Origin: Octopus bimaculoides
Lineage: Eukaryota
Length of the DNA: 64,000 bases
Direction: 5' to 3'
NCBI RefSeq assembly: GCF_001194135.2
Contig: NC_068989.1
Coordinates: 81,454,729-81,518,728 of the forward strand
Shown: in pieces, positions 12,403 through 25,724 of the stretch
Layout: every line of letters starts with the position of its first letter
Numbering within the stretch: the first letter of the stretch is position 1
The notes under the pieces: generated by a model
Told to the model about the DNA's origin: nothing
What the model saw: the letters and a program-made list of their open reading frames with translations, nothing else
Database searches by the model: none
Translations under genes and position numbers: made by a program

Positions 12403-12899
12403 TTAAATATTGTTAAAAATTATTTTTAAAAAATTGTTAAAATATTTTGTGTATTGTAAAAATATAAACAATTTATTGCACATAAACTTTAACAACAAAA
12501 TCATACATGGACCTATTCCTCAAGGATCATACAGACCCAGTTAAGAACCACTGAGTTAGAATATTCTAATTCTTCATTACTAAATAAAGGTTAATGTAAT
12601 GGAATAGTCCATAACTTAGGTGCAGGTAACATGCTGAAATGGTATATCATACCAGCTGGTAACAGTTACATATGTAAAACTCTTGTGTATCGTAACACCT
12701 GGTTGTTTTACATCACTAAAGAGATGTACTTTATAGATTCAGACAAATCTTCCTTTCAGAGTAAAAGAATATGATGTATAGTTAATCTTTGTGGTAAAGT
12801 TTTAAATAAATCCAAATATTAATACTTTTGTTGTTGTTCTTCTTTAAATTTCATTGTTTTGTTTTGTTTTTGTTTCTTTTTTTGTAATTTGATTTATTT

Positions 12900-13295
12900 A
12901 TCTCTTTTACTCTTTTACTTGTTTCAGTCATTTGACTGCGGCCATGCTGGAGCACCGCCTTTAGTCGAACAACTCAACCCCAGGACTTATTCTTTGTAAG
13001 CCTAGTACTTATTCTATTGGTCTCTTTTGCCGAACTGCTAAGTTACGGGGATGCAAACACACCCACATCGGTTGTCAAGCGATGTTGGGGGGACAAACAC
13101 AGACACACAACCATATACACACACATATATATATATACATATATACGACAAGCTTCTTTCAGTTTCCGTCTACCAAATCCATTCACAAGGCTTTGGTCGG
13201 CCCGAGGCTATAGTAGAAGACACTTGCCCAAGGTGTCACGCAGTGGGACTGAACCCGGAACCATGTGGTTGGTAAGCAAGCTATTTACCACACAT
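12900..13295 (-). mobile_element. SINE family A
   Basis: Near-identical to 16860-17272. Confidence 0.9.
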
Positions 13296-13419
13296 ATGTA
13301 TATTACATTATATATTGTATCTATACATAATATTTATACAGTATATTCATATAATTTGCTTTATTTCTGATGATTTTTTTTTCCAAATAAAATCCATACT
13401 TGAAAAGCAAAATCTAAGA

Positions 13420-13620
13420 AAATAGTGGTAGGAGGAGATGTTGGGACTGGCGGCCACAGCGGTGGTGGTAGCAGTGGCAGGTGTATTGACGGTGGTGGCA
13501 GTGGTGGCAGTGGTGGCAGCAGCAGCTGTGGCAGTGGCAGCAACAATAACAACAATGCCAATGATGATGTGATGATGTGAAGATGATGAGGATGATGATG
13601 ATGAAGTGACCAATCATGAT
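13420..13620. repeat. Mixed GTG/GCA/GAT trinucleotide tract
   Basis: Direct inspection. Confidence 0.8.
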
Positions 13621-13817
13621 TGTGGTTTGTCAATTCCACATTTAGCTGCTATAGCAAACAGATTAATGTGTAGAGATTCACTTGTTAATGTGCTATAACA
13701 ATTTTTCTATCGGTAGTATATTCGTTAACTTAATTTTAATTTATTCTGGACAAAACACAAATCTTGTATACGTGTATAGAAAAGGAGGGTATATTTCATT
13801 TTAAAAGTATTCATTTA

Positions 13818-14228
13818 TGCAGGTGTAGCTGTGTGGTAAGAAGTTTACTTGCTAACCACATAATTCCAAGTTCAATCTTACTGTGTGATACTTTGAGCAA
13901 GTGTCTTCTGCTATAACCCTGAGCCGACCAAAGCCTTGCGAATGGACTTAGTAGACGGTAACTTAAAGAAGCCAGTCGCATATAATGTATATATCTGTGT
14001 GTGAGTGTGTGTCTTTGTTAATGTGTTTGTCTCCCCACCACCACCACCTGACAACCGTCGTTGGTTTGTTTAATTCCCCATAACCTAATGATTCTGCAAA
14101 AAGAGAGAAGAGAATAAGTACGAATCTTAAAAACGGAAATAAAAAGAATTGCCTTTGATTTGTTCCACGGAGCCCATCAAGGCTGTGCCTCAGTATGGCC
14201 GCAGTCTAATGACTGAAACAAAACAAAG
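13818..14228 (+). mobile_element. SINE family A, diverged
   Basis: Head gcaggtgtagctgtgtggtaagaag through tail gactgaaaca. Confidence 0.8.
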
Positions 14229-14361
14229 ATCTACATTCCTACACGACTGACAGATTGTGAGGTTGGAGAAATACAAGGCAGTCTAAGGGCAATAACTCTG
14301 AAGGTTTCATGAAACAAAGCTAGCAGATTCATCTAAATTCAATATTAGTTATTAAACTGTA

Positions 14362-14580
14362 AGGCGGCGAGCTGGCAGGATCGTTAATATAACGGACAAA
14401 ATGCCAAGCATTTCGTTGGACTTTACGTTTTGAGTTCAAATGCCACCAGGATTGATTCTGCCTTTCATCCTTTCGGGAGCAATAAAATAAGTACCAGTTG
14501 AGCCCTGAGGTCAATTTAATCAACTTAGTCCCTTCCCCAAAAGTGCTGTCCTTGTGCCAACATGTCAAAACCAATATTAG
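14362..14580 (+). mobile_element. SINE family B
   Basis: aaggcggcgagctggcag...gagttcaaat...ctttcatcctttcggg...gtgccaa. Many other copies are present. Confidence 0.8.
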
Positions 14581-14769
14581 TCATTAAGTTTTTTTTTTCC
14601 TGTTTGCTGCATTAATTATCAGTTAATTAGCTTATTGTCTTAACACTAAATAGATGATTGTCCTTACTAAGTTCTTCAACAGCTGAACCCGTTTAAAATT
14701 CTTCAAGTTAAATGAATTTATGAAACCCTTCTATCAGACATTCCCTTAGACAGTCAAAATTAACTTTTT

Positions 14770-15295
14770 CTAGTACTTAATTAGCCACAGTCCTGCCCTT
14801 AAAAAATCGTGCATATGTCTAATGAGCCTTAGATCATTCTGAAATGAAATTTAGACCAATCCTAAACCTTAGCATGGAGCCTTAATAATTCTTAGCCCAG
14901 TTCAATGTTTACTAAGCTTTACTCCAGTCCTTAATAAACTTTTACCCTGTCCCTTAACGAGTATGCCAAGTCCTTAATGTGTCAGTTCAATCCTTAATGA
15001 GCTTAGTCTAGTCATACTTAGCCTTAATTGAGTCTTTTATTAGTTTTAGACCAATGTTTAGTGATTTTAGTCCAGTCCTTAATGAACCATAGTCCAATGT
15101 TTATGATCCTTAGCACTGCCTTAAATAAATCTTAATTCAGTCCTTTATGAACCCTGGCTCTACTCTAATTTTATAGTCAAACCCTTAGTAAACCGTATTC
15201 CAGTCCTTAATGGATCTTAGTTCTCTTTTTAACAATAATTACTTCAGCTGTTAATGATACTTAGTCCAGTCCCTCATGAACCTCAATCCTAAATG
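14770..15295. repeat. Highly degenerate ~22-bp tandem array (ttagtccagtccttaatgaacc-like)
   Basis: agtccttaat / tccagtcc recurs at roughly 20-25 bp spacing. Confidence 0.55.
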
Positions 15296-15945
15296 CTTCT
15301 GGTGGGTCACTGTATTTAATTTGTTCAACTGAACAGTATGCATCTGAACTGATGCTCCTATCTGTCGAGCAAAGCTCATTAAAATCAATACCCTTTCAAT
15401 CCCACCAAACTGAAAGCATAACCTTCTTCAAGGTGAAATCCTGCTTTGGAGGTTGTTTGTGGTGGTTTGTTGCACTTCACTACGATCTTTTGCACTTCCT
15501 GCTGTAACAGACAATCAATTTTTTTATCCCCTGTCACCTTTCTCTTCAAAACAAAATCGTTTTCTTCACATTTCTGCAACAAATTGCAGATGATAATCAT
15601 TTGGGAAAGGTTAGCCTTATTCTATTGATGTGGAACCCAAACATTGAGCCTGCGAATGCATTCAAGTTAATTCAGGCAGTTTCAACTCTCAATTTGGATA
15701 TTTGGAAAATAACTGTAATCATGAATATTATGGGCGTTGGTACTGACTAACTCCTTTATTTTGTCATCATCAATCTCAGTTGGCCAGCCAGAGCAAGGTG
15801 TATCTTGAACCAAAATATTTCCTGATTGAAATCTTAAAAACCATTTTTGGCACACACATTCCATAACAGCATCCTCTCCAAACACAGCACGTATCTTCTA
15901 GCAAGTTTCTGTTGCTTTCTTGCTCTTTCTAAAATAAAGAAAAAG
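15290..15945 (-). mobile_element. Decayed mariner transposase
   Basis: FGEDAV..CQKWFLRFQSG...D..CSGWP (HTH region) and VLKRKVTGDKK (first catalytic D), with frameshifts. Confidence 0.85.
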
Positions 15946-16859
15946 GCATGATGTGTTGTAAATGTTTGTTTGGTTCTCCATTTTCAGTGTAATCCCAAGC
16001 ACAGAAAATACTTCCTGTTTCATCACAAATTCACGTTGAACTATGTTGAAGTGTCAAGTATCCAACAAGTATGCATGCACAAGGAACAGACAGACGTTAG
16101 CTACATATTAGAGTGCTGCTTGAAATTTAGTCTCAACAAAAACCAAATGAAGGAGAGCTAAGGAGAACAACTTTGGTTGAACTGTAGTAAAACTGATGAA
16201 ATCCCAAAATATTAATATTGTGAATCAAGATAGTATGAATCATCATTTTAATGACCAATTCTGGTGAAGAGGAGCAGGGTAGACAACTTCTGGAATTTGA
16301 ACCAATTAAAGTTAATAATAAAGAGTATGTGAACAATACAGAAGAGAAAAAAGCTGGTTTTGGTAGTACAGTGACTAAAGATTTACTTCATTTGATTTTC
16401 TGGAGCACAAATGATCAGTGAGTCAATGACTCCTTCTCTTCACTACAGATGTATATTTTATTCAACTAAAATATCTTACCTCACTACCTTAAGTATGTTA
16501 ACACAAACCTTGACATTTGCTTTTCATTCAAAGTAAACCCCTGGGTACTTTTCCTCTACACCTTCTGAAATTCTTTAGCAGAATGTTTTCTCTTCGGTTC
16601 ATAATTGCAAAATATTTTAGAGCAAGTCAAGAAAATTTTTCTACGCACACACATATACAAACAAACAAACAAACAAATATAATGCATACCAACTTGATGT
16701 TTCATTGTACTTCACAACCAGTTTTATGATAATGCTGTTGACAACTTGAAGAGATTTCACTTCAAGCTGAAGACAGAAGATGGTCCATCAAGTGATTACT
16801 TCAATCACTACATTTACAAGTTACACCCTCCCAGTTACTTACATCTTCTATCCTGCCCA

Positions 16860-17272
16860 TACTCTTTTACTCTTACTCTTTTACTTGTTTCAGTCATTTG
16901 ACTGTGGCCATGCTGGAGCACCACCTTTAGTCAAACAAATCAACCCCAGGAGTTATTCTTTGTAAGCCTAGTACTTATTCTATCGGTTTCTTTTGCCGAA
17001 CCACTAAGTTACGGAGACGTAAACACACCAGCATCGGTTGTCAAGCGATGTTGGGGGGACAAACACAGACACACAAACACACATATATATATATACATAT
17101 ACATATATACGATGGGATTTTTTCAGTTTCCGTCTACCAAATCCACTCGCAAGGCTTTGGTCGGCCCGAGGCTATAATAGAAGACACTTGCCCAAGGTGC
17201 CACGCAGTGGGACTGAACCCGGAACCATGTGATTGGTAAGCAAGCTACTTACCACACAGCCACTCCCGCGCC
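16860..17272 (-). mobile_element. SINE family A, full length
   Basis: Minus-strand head ggcgcgggagtggctgtgtggtaag...ggttcagtccc, internal (TA)/(TG) microsatellite, (GTAAAAGA)n tail. Confidence 0.9.
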
Positions 17273-17314
17273 TATCTTCAGTTTATACATAATAAGGCTA
17301 TATGCCAAGGAGTG

Positions 17315-17349
<35 letters not shown>

Positions 17350-18429
17350 TTGTGCATATATGCATTATGTATGTATGCATGCATGTGGGTCTACGTATGA
17401 AGAGTAGGTCATCATAAGATAAATGTAAGAATCATTAAGTTTTTAAACAAATCTGTCTGCATGAGAAATATGTTACTGCCACTTTAAAGCTTCCCAGTAA
17501 GAGTACATCAAGTTTAAAACATAAAACTTTTGTCACTATCAATAAATTGCCATGGATTACAAATCTACATAACGGTTTTCCAACTCCTTGTGATAACCAA
17601 ACTTACAACCAGCTACAAATTCCTATAGTTACCAACACATGCCCTCATCAGTTTCCTCACATTCTGGATTTCAGTTTTAAAAAAACGCTGACTTTACAAC
17701 AGACATGTAAAGTCTAAATATTTTGAAATCTGTATTGAAAGTGAAAGTACGATAAGAGAGAAACCTGATGGCTACCAGCTTATATCCAACACATGAATAC
17801 TGCACATATCCATATAACCATGTTTACTGTACACATTGATGCATGCAGGAAATGAAAAACAGAATGACATTATATTGTTTTTATTTTATTTCATATTTCA
17901 TTTCTGTTTTTAACAAAATCACCAAATTTGACAAACAAGTTACAATATGATTTCAAAAAATAAATAATGGAAAATAAATAAAACGCTTCAAACAAAATAG
18001 TCACAGAAAACAAAATAAAAAAAACAAAATATTTAATAATAATAATAATAATAATAATAGCAGCAGCATGTTGAATCTTAGTACAACTATGGGAGACTTT
18101 TGTCTTCAAAAAAGGATTCCCTAGACTGTTTTGTTATTGCTTTTTCGAGACCCATGGAAGGATTAAATATAGCAACGCAAACATACAAAATACTCCTCAA
18201 TAATAATGTCCCTATTGCTTATTGCAATGAATTACACATCCTCATTGTACCTATTTATATCTGGGTGGATTGAATTACTGGGAATCATCTTTGCCAAAGA
18301 CACACCCCAGTCATTGTGATAGCATTATATTGTTAATTTTTCTACCAACTGGAAAAAAAACAAGAAAAACACAACAAAGTTTGTACATGTACATAATCTT
18401 ACAACAAAAACAATGAGGTAACAAGAAAA

Positions 18430-19480
18430 TTTTAATAGTCACTAATTCCCCAGAAGTGGGGGAGACTTCTGAGGGCTGCTTGTGCAAACCTAACAAAACT
18501 ATGGTCACCCTGACCACTCAGGCAAGTACCTCTTCATATCCCCCTCCCTCAATCTACAGGCACATGCTCAGAGCAGAGAGCAGGCTCATTCACTCAGACC
18601 ATTAGCTATTCTCACTCACCTTTCAACAAATTTGCTGGAAGATACAACTTCCCTCTACACCCTCACTTTTCTTTTCAACTGAAACTTGAAAAAGTTGACG
18701 AGGGTCTGGCCAAAGAGGAATGTGTCTATCTTCAGCCATTTCTCTCTGGTTCAATATGTAACTTCATTTGATAAAACCACCAAATAAACACTTTCTCTCC
18801 TTTCCAGGCAAAGGAAGGTGGTGCGATGATCTATGCAATGAGCTTGGCCAGCAGCAGAATCTATCTTACAGATAACAACAGGTGTTCGACATAACTCCAC
18901 AAGTCAGCAATGTTCAGGTACTAAGAGAATGCATGCAGAACAGTTTCATTGCTTTGTATATGTCTCAAGCAGACCCAGCTAACAACCTGTAGAATTTATC
19001 TCAAACTCGCAATGCCACCCATTAGAACTGCTAAATGAGAGATTTTGTGGAAATTATCCATGAGCCCCAGTCCAAAAGTTATCTGGAACAGACCAGCCAG
19101 TTGATTCTCGTCAACACCCAGTCTCTCCAAGAACATTGTCACTCTTACTTGCCACTAAACCTCTTCAAAATGCCAAAGTGGAATTTCCATTGACTGCATT
19201 GCCTGGCTGGCAGAGGGCTGTGAGTGCCTTATGGTACTGTATATGTCAGGCTCTCTGCTTTGGTGTATACTTTGATCCAGGACTGCAGTTCAGTGAAAGA
19301 AATGAACTATGGAAAAGAGAGATTGACAAATGGCAGCCACACCTGCACACCATAAAGGAAATGCTGAAGATATCACACCCTCAATATGTCTGCACAACAT
19401 CAGCCACAAGCCCAGTCCTTCACATCGTGGGTATTGGCAACAAATGAAATGCCTAATTAGTAGAATGCATCTCCTTCACA
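18430..19480 (+). mobile_element. Decayed non-LTR retrotransposon RT fragments, L1/Tx1-like
   Basis: FGVYFDPGLQFSERNELWKREIDKW resembles the (I)LGVWFGPDLQ..NW motif that follows the RT core. The GC level is above background. Confidence 0.4.
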
Positions 19481-20059
19481 GAAAAAGTGAACTCTTTAAA
19501 AATGAACTTATTTTTAAAGAATGAACTCTTTAAAAATGAGAAGTAAACTCAACCACAGTAGGATTTGAATTCAGAAAGTCTGACATTATTGATTTAATCA
19601 AGAAGATGATAATCAGCACATTAATGAATGCTATTGTCTACCTTGGTAGAAATGTGGCATCTGAGAATAACAACTGTACATGTGATCATCACAGCTTTGT
19701 GGATAATATCAAACAACACTCTTAAACATTATGGTCCAAATACCAGGAGACCCAAAAGGTATAAGAACTACAAAAACTGTTCTCGTGAGTTCTGCCCACA
19801 TCCTCAGGAAAACATTGTCAACCTGAGAATAACTGATTTTCTTAAAATCCTTTCAAAAATTAAAATATTACAAATTTAACAGCATCTTAGTTCTCAAAAT
19901 CTGGTCTCTTTTCCCTACAAAATACATCATTGCTAATCATAAATAACACCCATAGTAAAACATCCAACTTGCTGTTACTTGAGGTCGCTGGGTGAGGCTT
20001 GAAACAGATTATATGAAATAAAGCAGTAACAAAAAGTAATAGTAGTAGTAGTAGTAATA

Positions 20060-20282
20060 ATAATGATCCTTTCTACTACAGGTACAAGGCCTGAAATTTG
20101 GGGGATGGGACTAGTTGATCACATCGACCCCAATGTTTAACTGGTACTTATTTCATCAACCTTGAAAGGATGAAAGGCAAAGTTGACCTCGGCATAATTT
20201 GAACTCAGGACATAAACACGGATGAAATGCCACTAAGCATTTTGCATGGTGTGCTAACGATTCTGCCAGCTCGCTGCCTTGA
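20060..20282 (-). mobile_element. SINE family B
   Basis: Reverse-orientation match to 14362-14580. Confidence 0.8.
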
Positions 20283-21542
20283 TGATAATAGTAATGATAA
20301 TCACAGATGAACAAAACCTTAAAAAAAAACAAATAAGAAATTATTAAGACAGTGGTATGTAAAAAAAAAAAATATTTACTTAGGGGTAACAAGTGTTCCC
20401 CCATGTTTTTGGTCTGATATCTTGTTAGGAGACACTTTGAATGCAAAAGACACACAAAGGAAAAAGTAATAAAGAATAGGTTATGACTAGCTCAGTTAGC
20501 ATGAAAGGAACCAAATAAGTATAGGAGCGTGGGAAGACAGCATCAGTTTCTTGTGTCACTTTGAAATATCTTGAAACGATATCACAGCAAAGTAAAATAT
20601 TTCTTTTTCATTAATGAAATATGTCTAATGACAATGAAACTAATAATAGCTCTTCATTTGCTACAAGAGTTTACAAGCAAAAACATTACTAAGAAGGGAT
20701 TGATGATTACACAAAAAAATTAATAAATAGAGGAAACTGTAACAGAAATAGAATCCCCGGAAAAGGGAGGGGACAACCCCCTACAGAGAATAAAAAGAGA
20801 TTACTGTTCTCCCAAGCCTATACTGAAGCTCGGATACAAATAAGGCCAGGATACAATGGATTTAATCAACCTCCAGTATATTGCTTGTATTGTGTATGAA
20901 CTCCAAAGGATTCATAGACAACACAAAGTTGACTCCAGAATGCAGAAGGATATAATAAGGTATTCGGTTACTCCTCTCTTTGTTTCTTAACTCACTGCCC
21001 TTGAAGAGCAAATAACATTTGTGCACTTTGACATCATAATAATAAATAATGATTTCTTTATTACTGGCATGAAGACAATGAGAGGGAGGACACTACAGAG
21101 ACAAGTTACAAAATATGTGTGAGTTTTAAAAAATGTCAGATGAATGCAACAGAAGATAAACTGTTTTTACTTCAAATTTTTATAAATTTTTACTGATATT
21201 TGATACGAAGAGATTCATCATCGAAACCAGTAATATTTTCTTCATATGATTTTTTTAATCATTTTTATTAAATTCCTTCTTAAATTGAAATGTCTTAAAC
21301 TTACTTCTGTGCTATATCCACCTCCATCTTTTATATATAAACACTTACACAGACATACAAACACAAACATATATAAAAATGCAAAACAAGGTCTACCACC
21401 TAGAACCAAAACTAACAACAAAGAATTATATTTACTGTCTACAGGATACATAAAAAAATACAGTAAACATATTCACATACAGAATCAATCAGTTTAACAA
21501 TCTTTGGTTTCAATGAGTTGATTTAAATATAAGGAGGAGAGT

Positions 21543-21601
<59 letters not shown>

Positions 21602-22320
21602 TTGTGTGTAGGTATTTGTTCATTCATTTTACATGTTTTTTCCATGCCAGCATGGGTTAGACAAATACATTATTGAGGTATCACTTTACATCCAGATGCT
21701 ACTCCTGTAGCCAACATTTACCTATTTTTTTCAAATAAGGGATTTTTTAAATTCTATGTCTTTGAAAGCACAGAGCTATTTGTTAACTGGGAATTGTTAA
21801 CATTCACCATATATATTCTGTGAAGCAAAGAATTTAAGCTTTCACCTGGGCATACACACAAACCTCAAACCACCAGGGACTGTATAAACATGAAGAGTGA
21901 AATTTTCTCATCATGTCCACACTTTAGAAAATATGTTGAGTGAGAAGTAAAAATAAACCTCCAAACAGGCTTGATGCACAGGCATCTAAACACTGATAAC
22001 CCCTACATCTCAACTTCTTCTATCAGTGCAATAACCTCCCTACTGTTTGTTTGCCCTTTGTGCAGTCGGTTTACAAAATTTTCACTTCTGGTAAAAGCCT
22101 AGCTCTATTTACTGTTCAGTAAATTATCTCCCTTTGATAATCTCTTGTGTTTTACAAACTACACATTCTCACTTAAATCTCACTTCATACAGATTTGCTA
22201 ACCTATCATGTTGACACTAACAGTTTGAGAAGTGGTGACATAAATTTAATATTCTGGCCAGGAAACCATAGGTAGCTGAATTCCACATGATTTTTATGTG
22301 GCTTTTATTAATATATATAT

Positions 22321-22432
22321 ATCAGATTGGAGCCTGGTGTGGCCTCCTGGCTTGCCAGTCCCCAGTCAAACCGTCAAACCCATGCCAGCATGGAAAACGG
22401 ATGTTAAACAATGATGATGATGATGATGATGA
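22321..22432 (+). mobile_element. RTE 3' tail fragment
   Basis: cagattggagcctggtg...catgccagcatggaaaacggatgttaaac followed by (GAT)n. Confidence 0.8.
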
Positions 22433-22964
22433 CAAAGAGAAATAATAACAACTTACAGAAAACAGGCATGATATTCAATGCTTTACAGAACATACACATA
22501 TTTCAGCAAAATCCCTTTAATAATTACATAACAGTTGTAGAAACATGTAGTCTTGCACTACGTCTAATCGAAGGGCAAGATTGCATAATGTTTCTATACC
22601 TGTTACGTAATTACTGAGACATTTTGATGAAACATGTGTATGTTCTATAAAGCATTGAATACTGGAGCGATGTGTGGAATCCACTATTCAGCCTGATCTT
22701 TCGTTATATGTCATACCTCACAGTGTCTTTTTTTTGATACACACATACACATCCGCACACGCATATAAACATATATATACATATACACATAGACACACAG
22801 ACATGCACAAACACAAACACACGCACATAAATACACATCATACATAAGTATATATACATTATACATGATTCATACATAACGGTGAAGTGTGTGATACATC
22901 AAAGAATATTTGCAAACAATTATAATATAACATTGTAAAACTGATAACATTACTAACAACAGCA

Positions 22965-23100
22965 AGTGGTGGTGGTGGTGGTAGTGGTGGTTTTGGTGGT
23001 GGTGGTAGAGGAGAAAGAGGAGAATCACTATGGTAGTTGTGGTAATGGTGAAAGATAACAGTGGTGGTGGTGGTGGTGGTGGTGGTAGTAGTCGTTGTTG
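22965..23100. repeat. (GGT)n/(GTA)n trinucleotide tracts
   Basis: Direct inspection. Confidence 0.8.
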
Positions 23101-23487
23101 TCCTGATGGCAGAGAATAAAGTAGATGACATATAATGGGAAGGTGATGGGAAAGTTTGTTCTTAAAGTTTCTTCCTTTGTTCTGAGTACAAAATAAATTA
23201 TTTCAGAAAACTCTCCTACACACACACACACAAACACAAAATTGTGATATTGACCCCTAAGACACCTCCCTACCTTAGCTCCTGTATTACTTTAACAAGT
23301 GATAGTAACCACGCTACAATTCTCACTTACAACAGACAACTGATTTCACCAGCTCTTCCTATTATTCCCAACAAACATACCAAAAAAACAGGTACTGAAC
23401 ATTCTTAAATGTTAATTCTATAATTCCATTAAAAAAAAAAAAATACAGAATAGCTGCAGCTTGAACACTCATTCAGATTTCTTTTAA

Positions 23488-23707
23488 ACCTTAAGCATTT
23501 AAACCAGCCATATATGGCTCAAATATTCTACCTGTTTTATGTTCAAACTAACCAGAGCCAGCCTCTCAAAGCTACCATTCAATGTCATTCTAAAAATGAA
23601 CAATCACATCATTGAAATCTCAAAGCTATGAGGTAATGCGTGATTACTTCAAAACAATGTGTATTAAAATGCATTACATTTGACAGAGTAGTCTGAATGC
23701 TAAAGGA
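23488..23707. mobile_element. piggyBac-type MITE, opposite orientation, diverged
   Basis: ttaa-accttaagcatttaaaccagcc ... tgctaaagga-ttaa. Confidence 0.7.
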
Positions 23708-24872
23708 TTAAATATTAATTTCATAATTTCATGATACAAATAGAATGGCCATGACTAGAATATTCATTCAATCTTCTTTCAAAGGAGAGCTCAACTGAGC
23801 TGGCTGGCTGGGAGGAGATAGGTAGGGAAAGGGTCAACTCCAAGAACAACAATGAAAAATATATATTAGAGGTACAGTTATGAGAGTCATAACAGCAGCT
23901 GTATCTCATTACTGTTTAAGTTGATCATTATTCAAGAAATAATATCTTAACAGAAAAGTTTTTAATTAATTAGAGCCAGGCTTTGTTTTTGTTCAATGGC
24001 ATCAATAATTGACTTTCTGCTGTTGGTATTTAAGCAAAATGCTTGGTACCATTCCAAGTCCAACTTTCATACAGATTTAATAGGATTAAATATATTCAAA
24101 TGAAAAACAACAGTTAATTAATTTGTGAAGCAAGCAAGTTAGGTAGTGCATAGACAGTGCCGAAGAAAAAAAAAAACTATACCGTGTCTAAAATTATTTG
24201 TATTCATGCAGGGATTAATGGTAATGATAACAAAAATCAGTGATGAGTTCAATTCAGATTATTAACTAGAGACATGGAGACTGACATATATAACAAAAGT
24301 GAACAACTGACAACTTAAGCTCTATGTCTGCGTCTCAGTGAAATTCTGTGTATGTTTTTGTGTATAAACACACTCACACACACACAAACATATATANNNN
24401 NNNNNNNNNNNNNNNNNNNNNNNNNNNNNNNNNNNNNNNNNNNNNNNNNNNNNNNNNNNNNNNNNNNNNNNNNNNNNNNNNNNNNNNNNNNNNNNNNNNN
24501 NNNNNNNNNNNNNNNNNNNNNNNNNNNNNNNNNNNNNNNNNNNNNNNNNNNNNNNNNNNNNNNNNNNNNNNNNNNNNNNNNNNNNNNNNNNNNNNNNNNN
24601 NNNNNNNNNNNNNNNNNNNNNNNNNNNNNNNNNNNNNNNNNNNNNNNNNNNNNNNNNNNNNNNNNNNNNNNNNNNNNNNNNNNNNNNNNNNNNNNNNNNN
24701 NNNNNNNNNNNNNNNNNNNNNNNNNNNNNNNNNNNNNNNTCCACGTTCAGTCTTACTATGTGGCACTTTTAGTGTTTTCTACTGTAGCCCTGGGTTGCCC
24801 AAAACCTTGTGAGTGGATTTGATAGATGGAAGCTGAAGGGGTCTTGTTGTGCATGTGTGTGTATGTGAGTAA

Positions 24873-24920
<48 letters not shown>

Positions 24921-25724
24921 CTGCAGGTAAATGTGCCTACAATATATAGTATTTTGTGCATGTATGTGTGTGAGAGAGAGAGAGAAAGAGATAGTGAGAC
25001 AGGGATTATATACTCTGAAACAGCAGTTTCATAATGTTCATACATGTCAGTGGGTTAGAAATTAACAAGACAATTCTACAACAGGATGATACTAGGCAGT
25101 GTACATCATCAACTGATGTCTGTCATGCATCAAGGGTATCCTCTTTGAAATTTGGACATATGTCGGCAAGTGGGAATTAGTTCTTTCTGTTTAAGATTAG
25201 GGTAGAATGATGGATGGTAAGGAGTTCCTCTGTGAGGTAGAAGTTGTAAGACTTTGAACCATTTGTAAAAAGCCTATACCTTATCTAACACTGCTCATGA
25301 AATGTTGGTGGCCTGTTTTTATATATATATTTAAAATTTAATATATGTGTATATATATATCTATGAAATTATTATCCTTACTTTTCTAATTTTCAGAGAA
25401 TCCTACAAAATTATTGTCAGACAAAACCTTTTTGCAACAACTGACCAAATGCCAAAGCTGCATCAAAAGCATAAGCCAGGACTCTAAAATCAAAAATAAT
25501 TTGGATGACACTTAATTGTTTTTAATTGAAGTTATTAAAGACAATGTTTGTGTTTGTTTTTAAATCTAACAAAAGTAATTACTGAGAAAGAGTAAAAAAA
25601 AAAATTTTGAAAATAAAATTCATTAAAAATCTTCACAAAATATATCAGGAAAAAGGAAATCCATGACATAGTCCATATATATGAACAACTTAAAAGTAAA
25701 CAGAGCTACAGCTGCAATGAATAG

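Larger units (their letters stand above)
11590..12553. mobile_element. hAT-type MITE interrupted by nested insertions
   Basis: Both flanks align to the uninterrupted copy at 55254-55503. The right end is gttaagaaccactg. Confidence 0.6.

Noticed and set aside
13017-13370. Recurrent MVSFAELLSYGD / IVEDTCPRCHAVG ORFs (also at 10895, 17038 and 35962)
   Set aside because: Translations of SINE family A.
16150-16420. Plus-strand coding-like stretch (MTNSGEEEQGRQLLEFEPIK...)
   Set aside because: Short, without clear splice sites or recognisable homology. Possibly a transposon remnant.
17215-17272. tRNA genes at SINE heads (also 62590-62650)
   Set aside because: They have A/B-box-like motifs but no complete cloverleaf, and they continue into SINE bodies.
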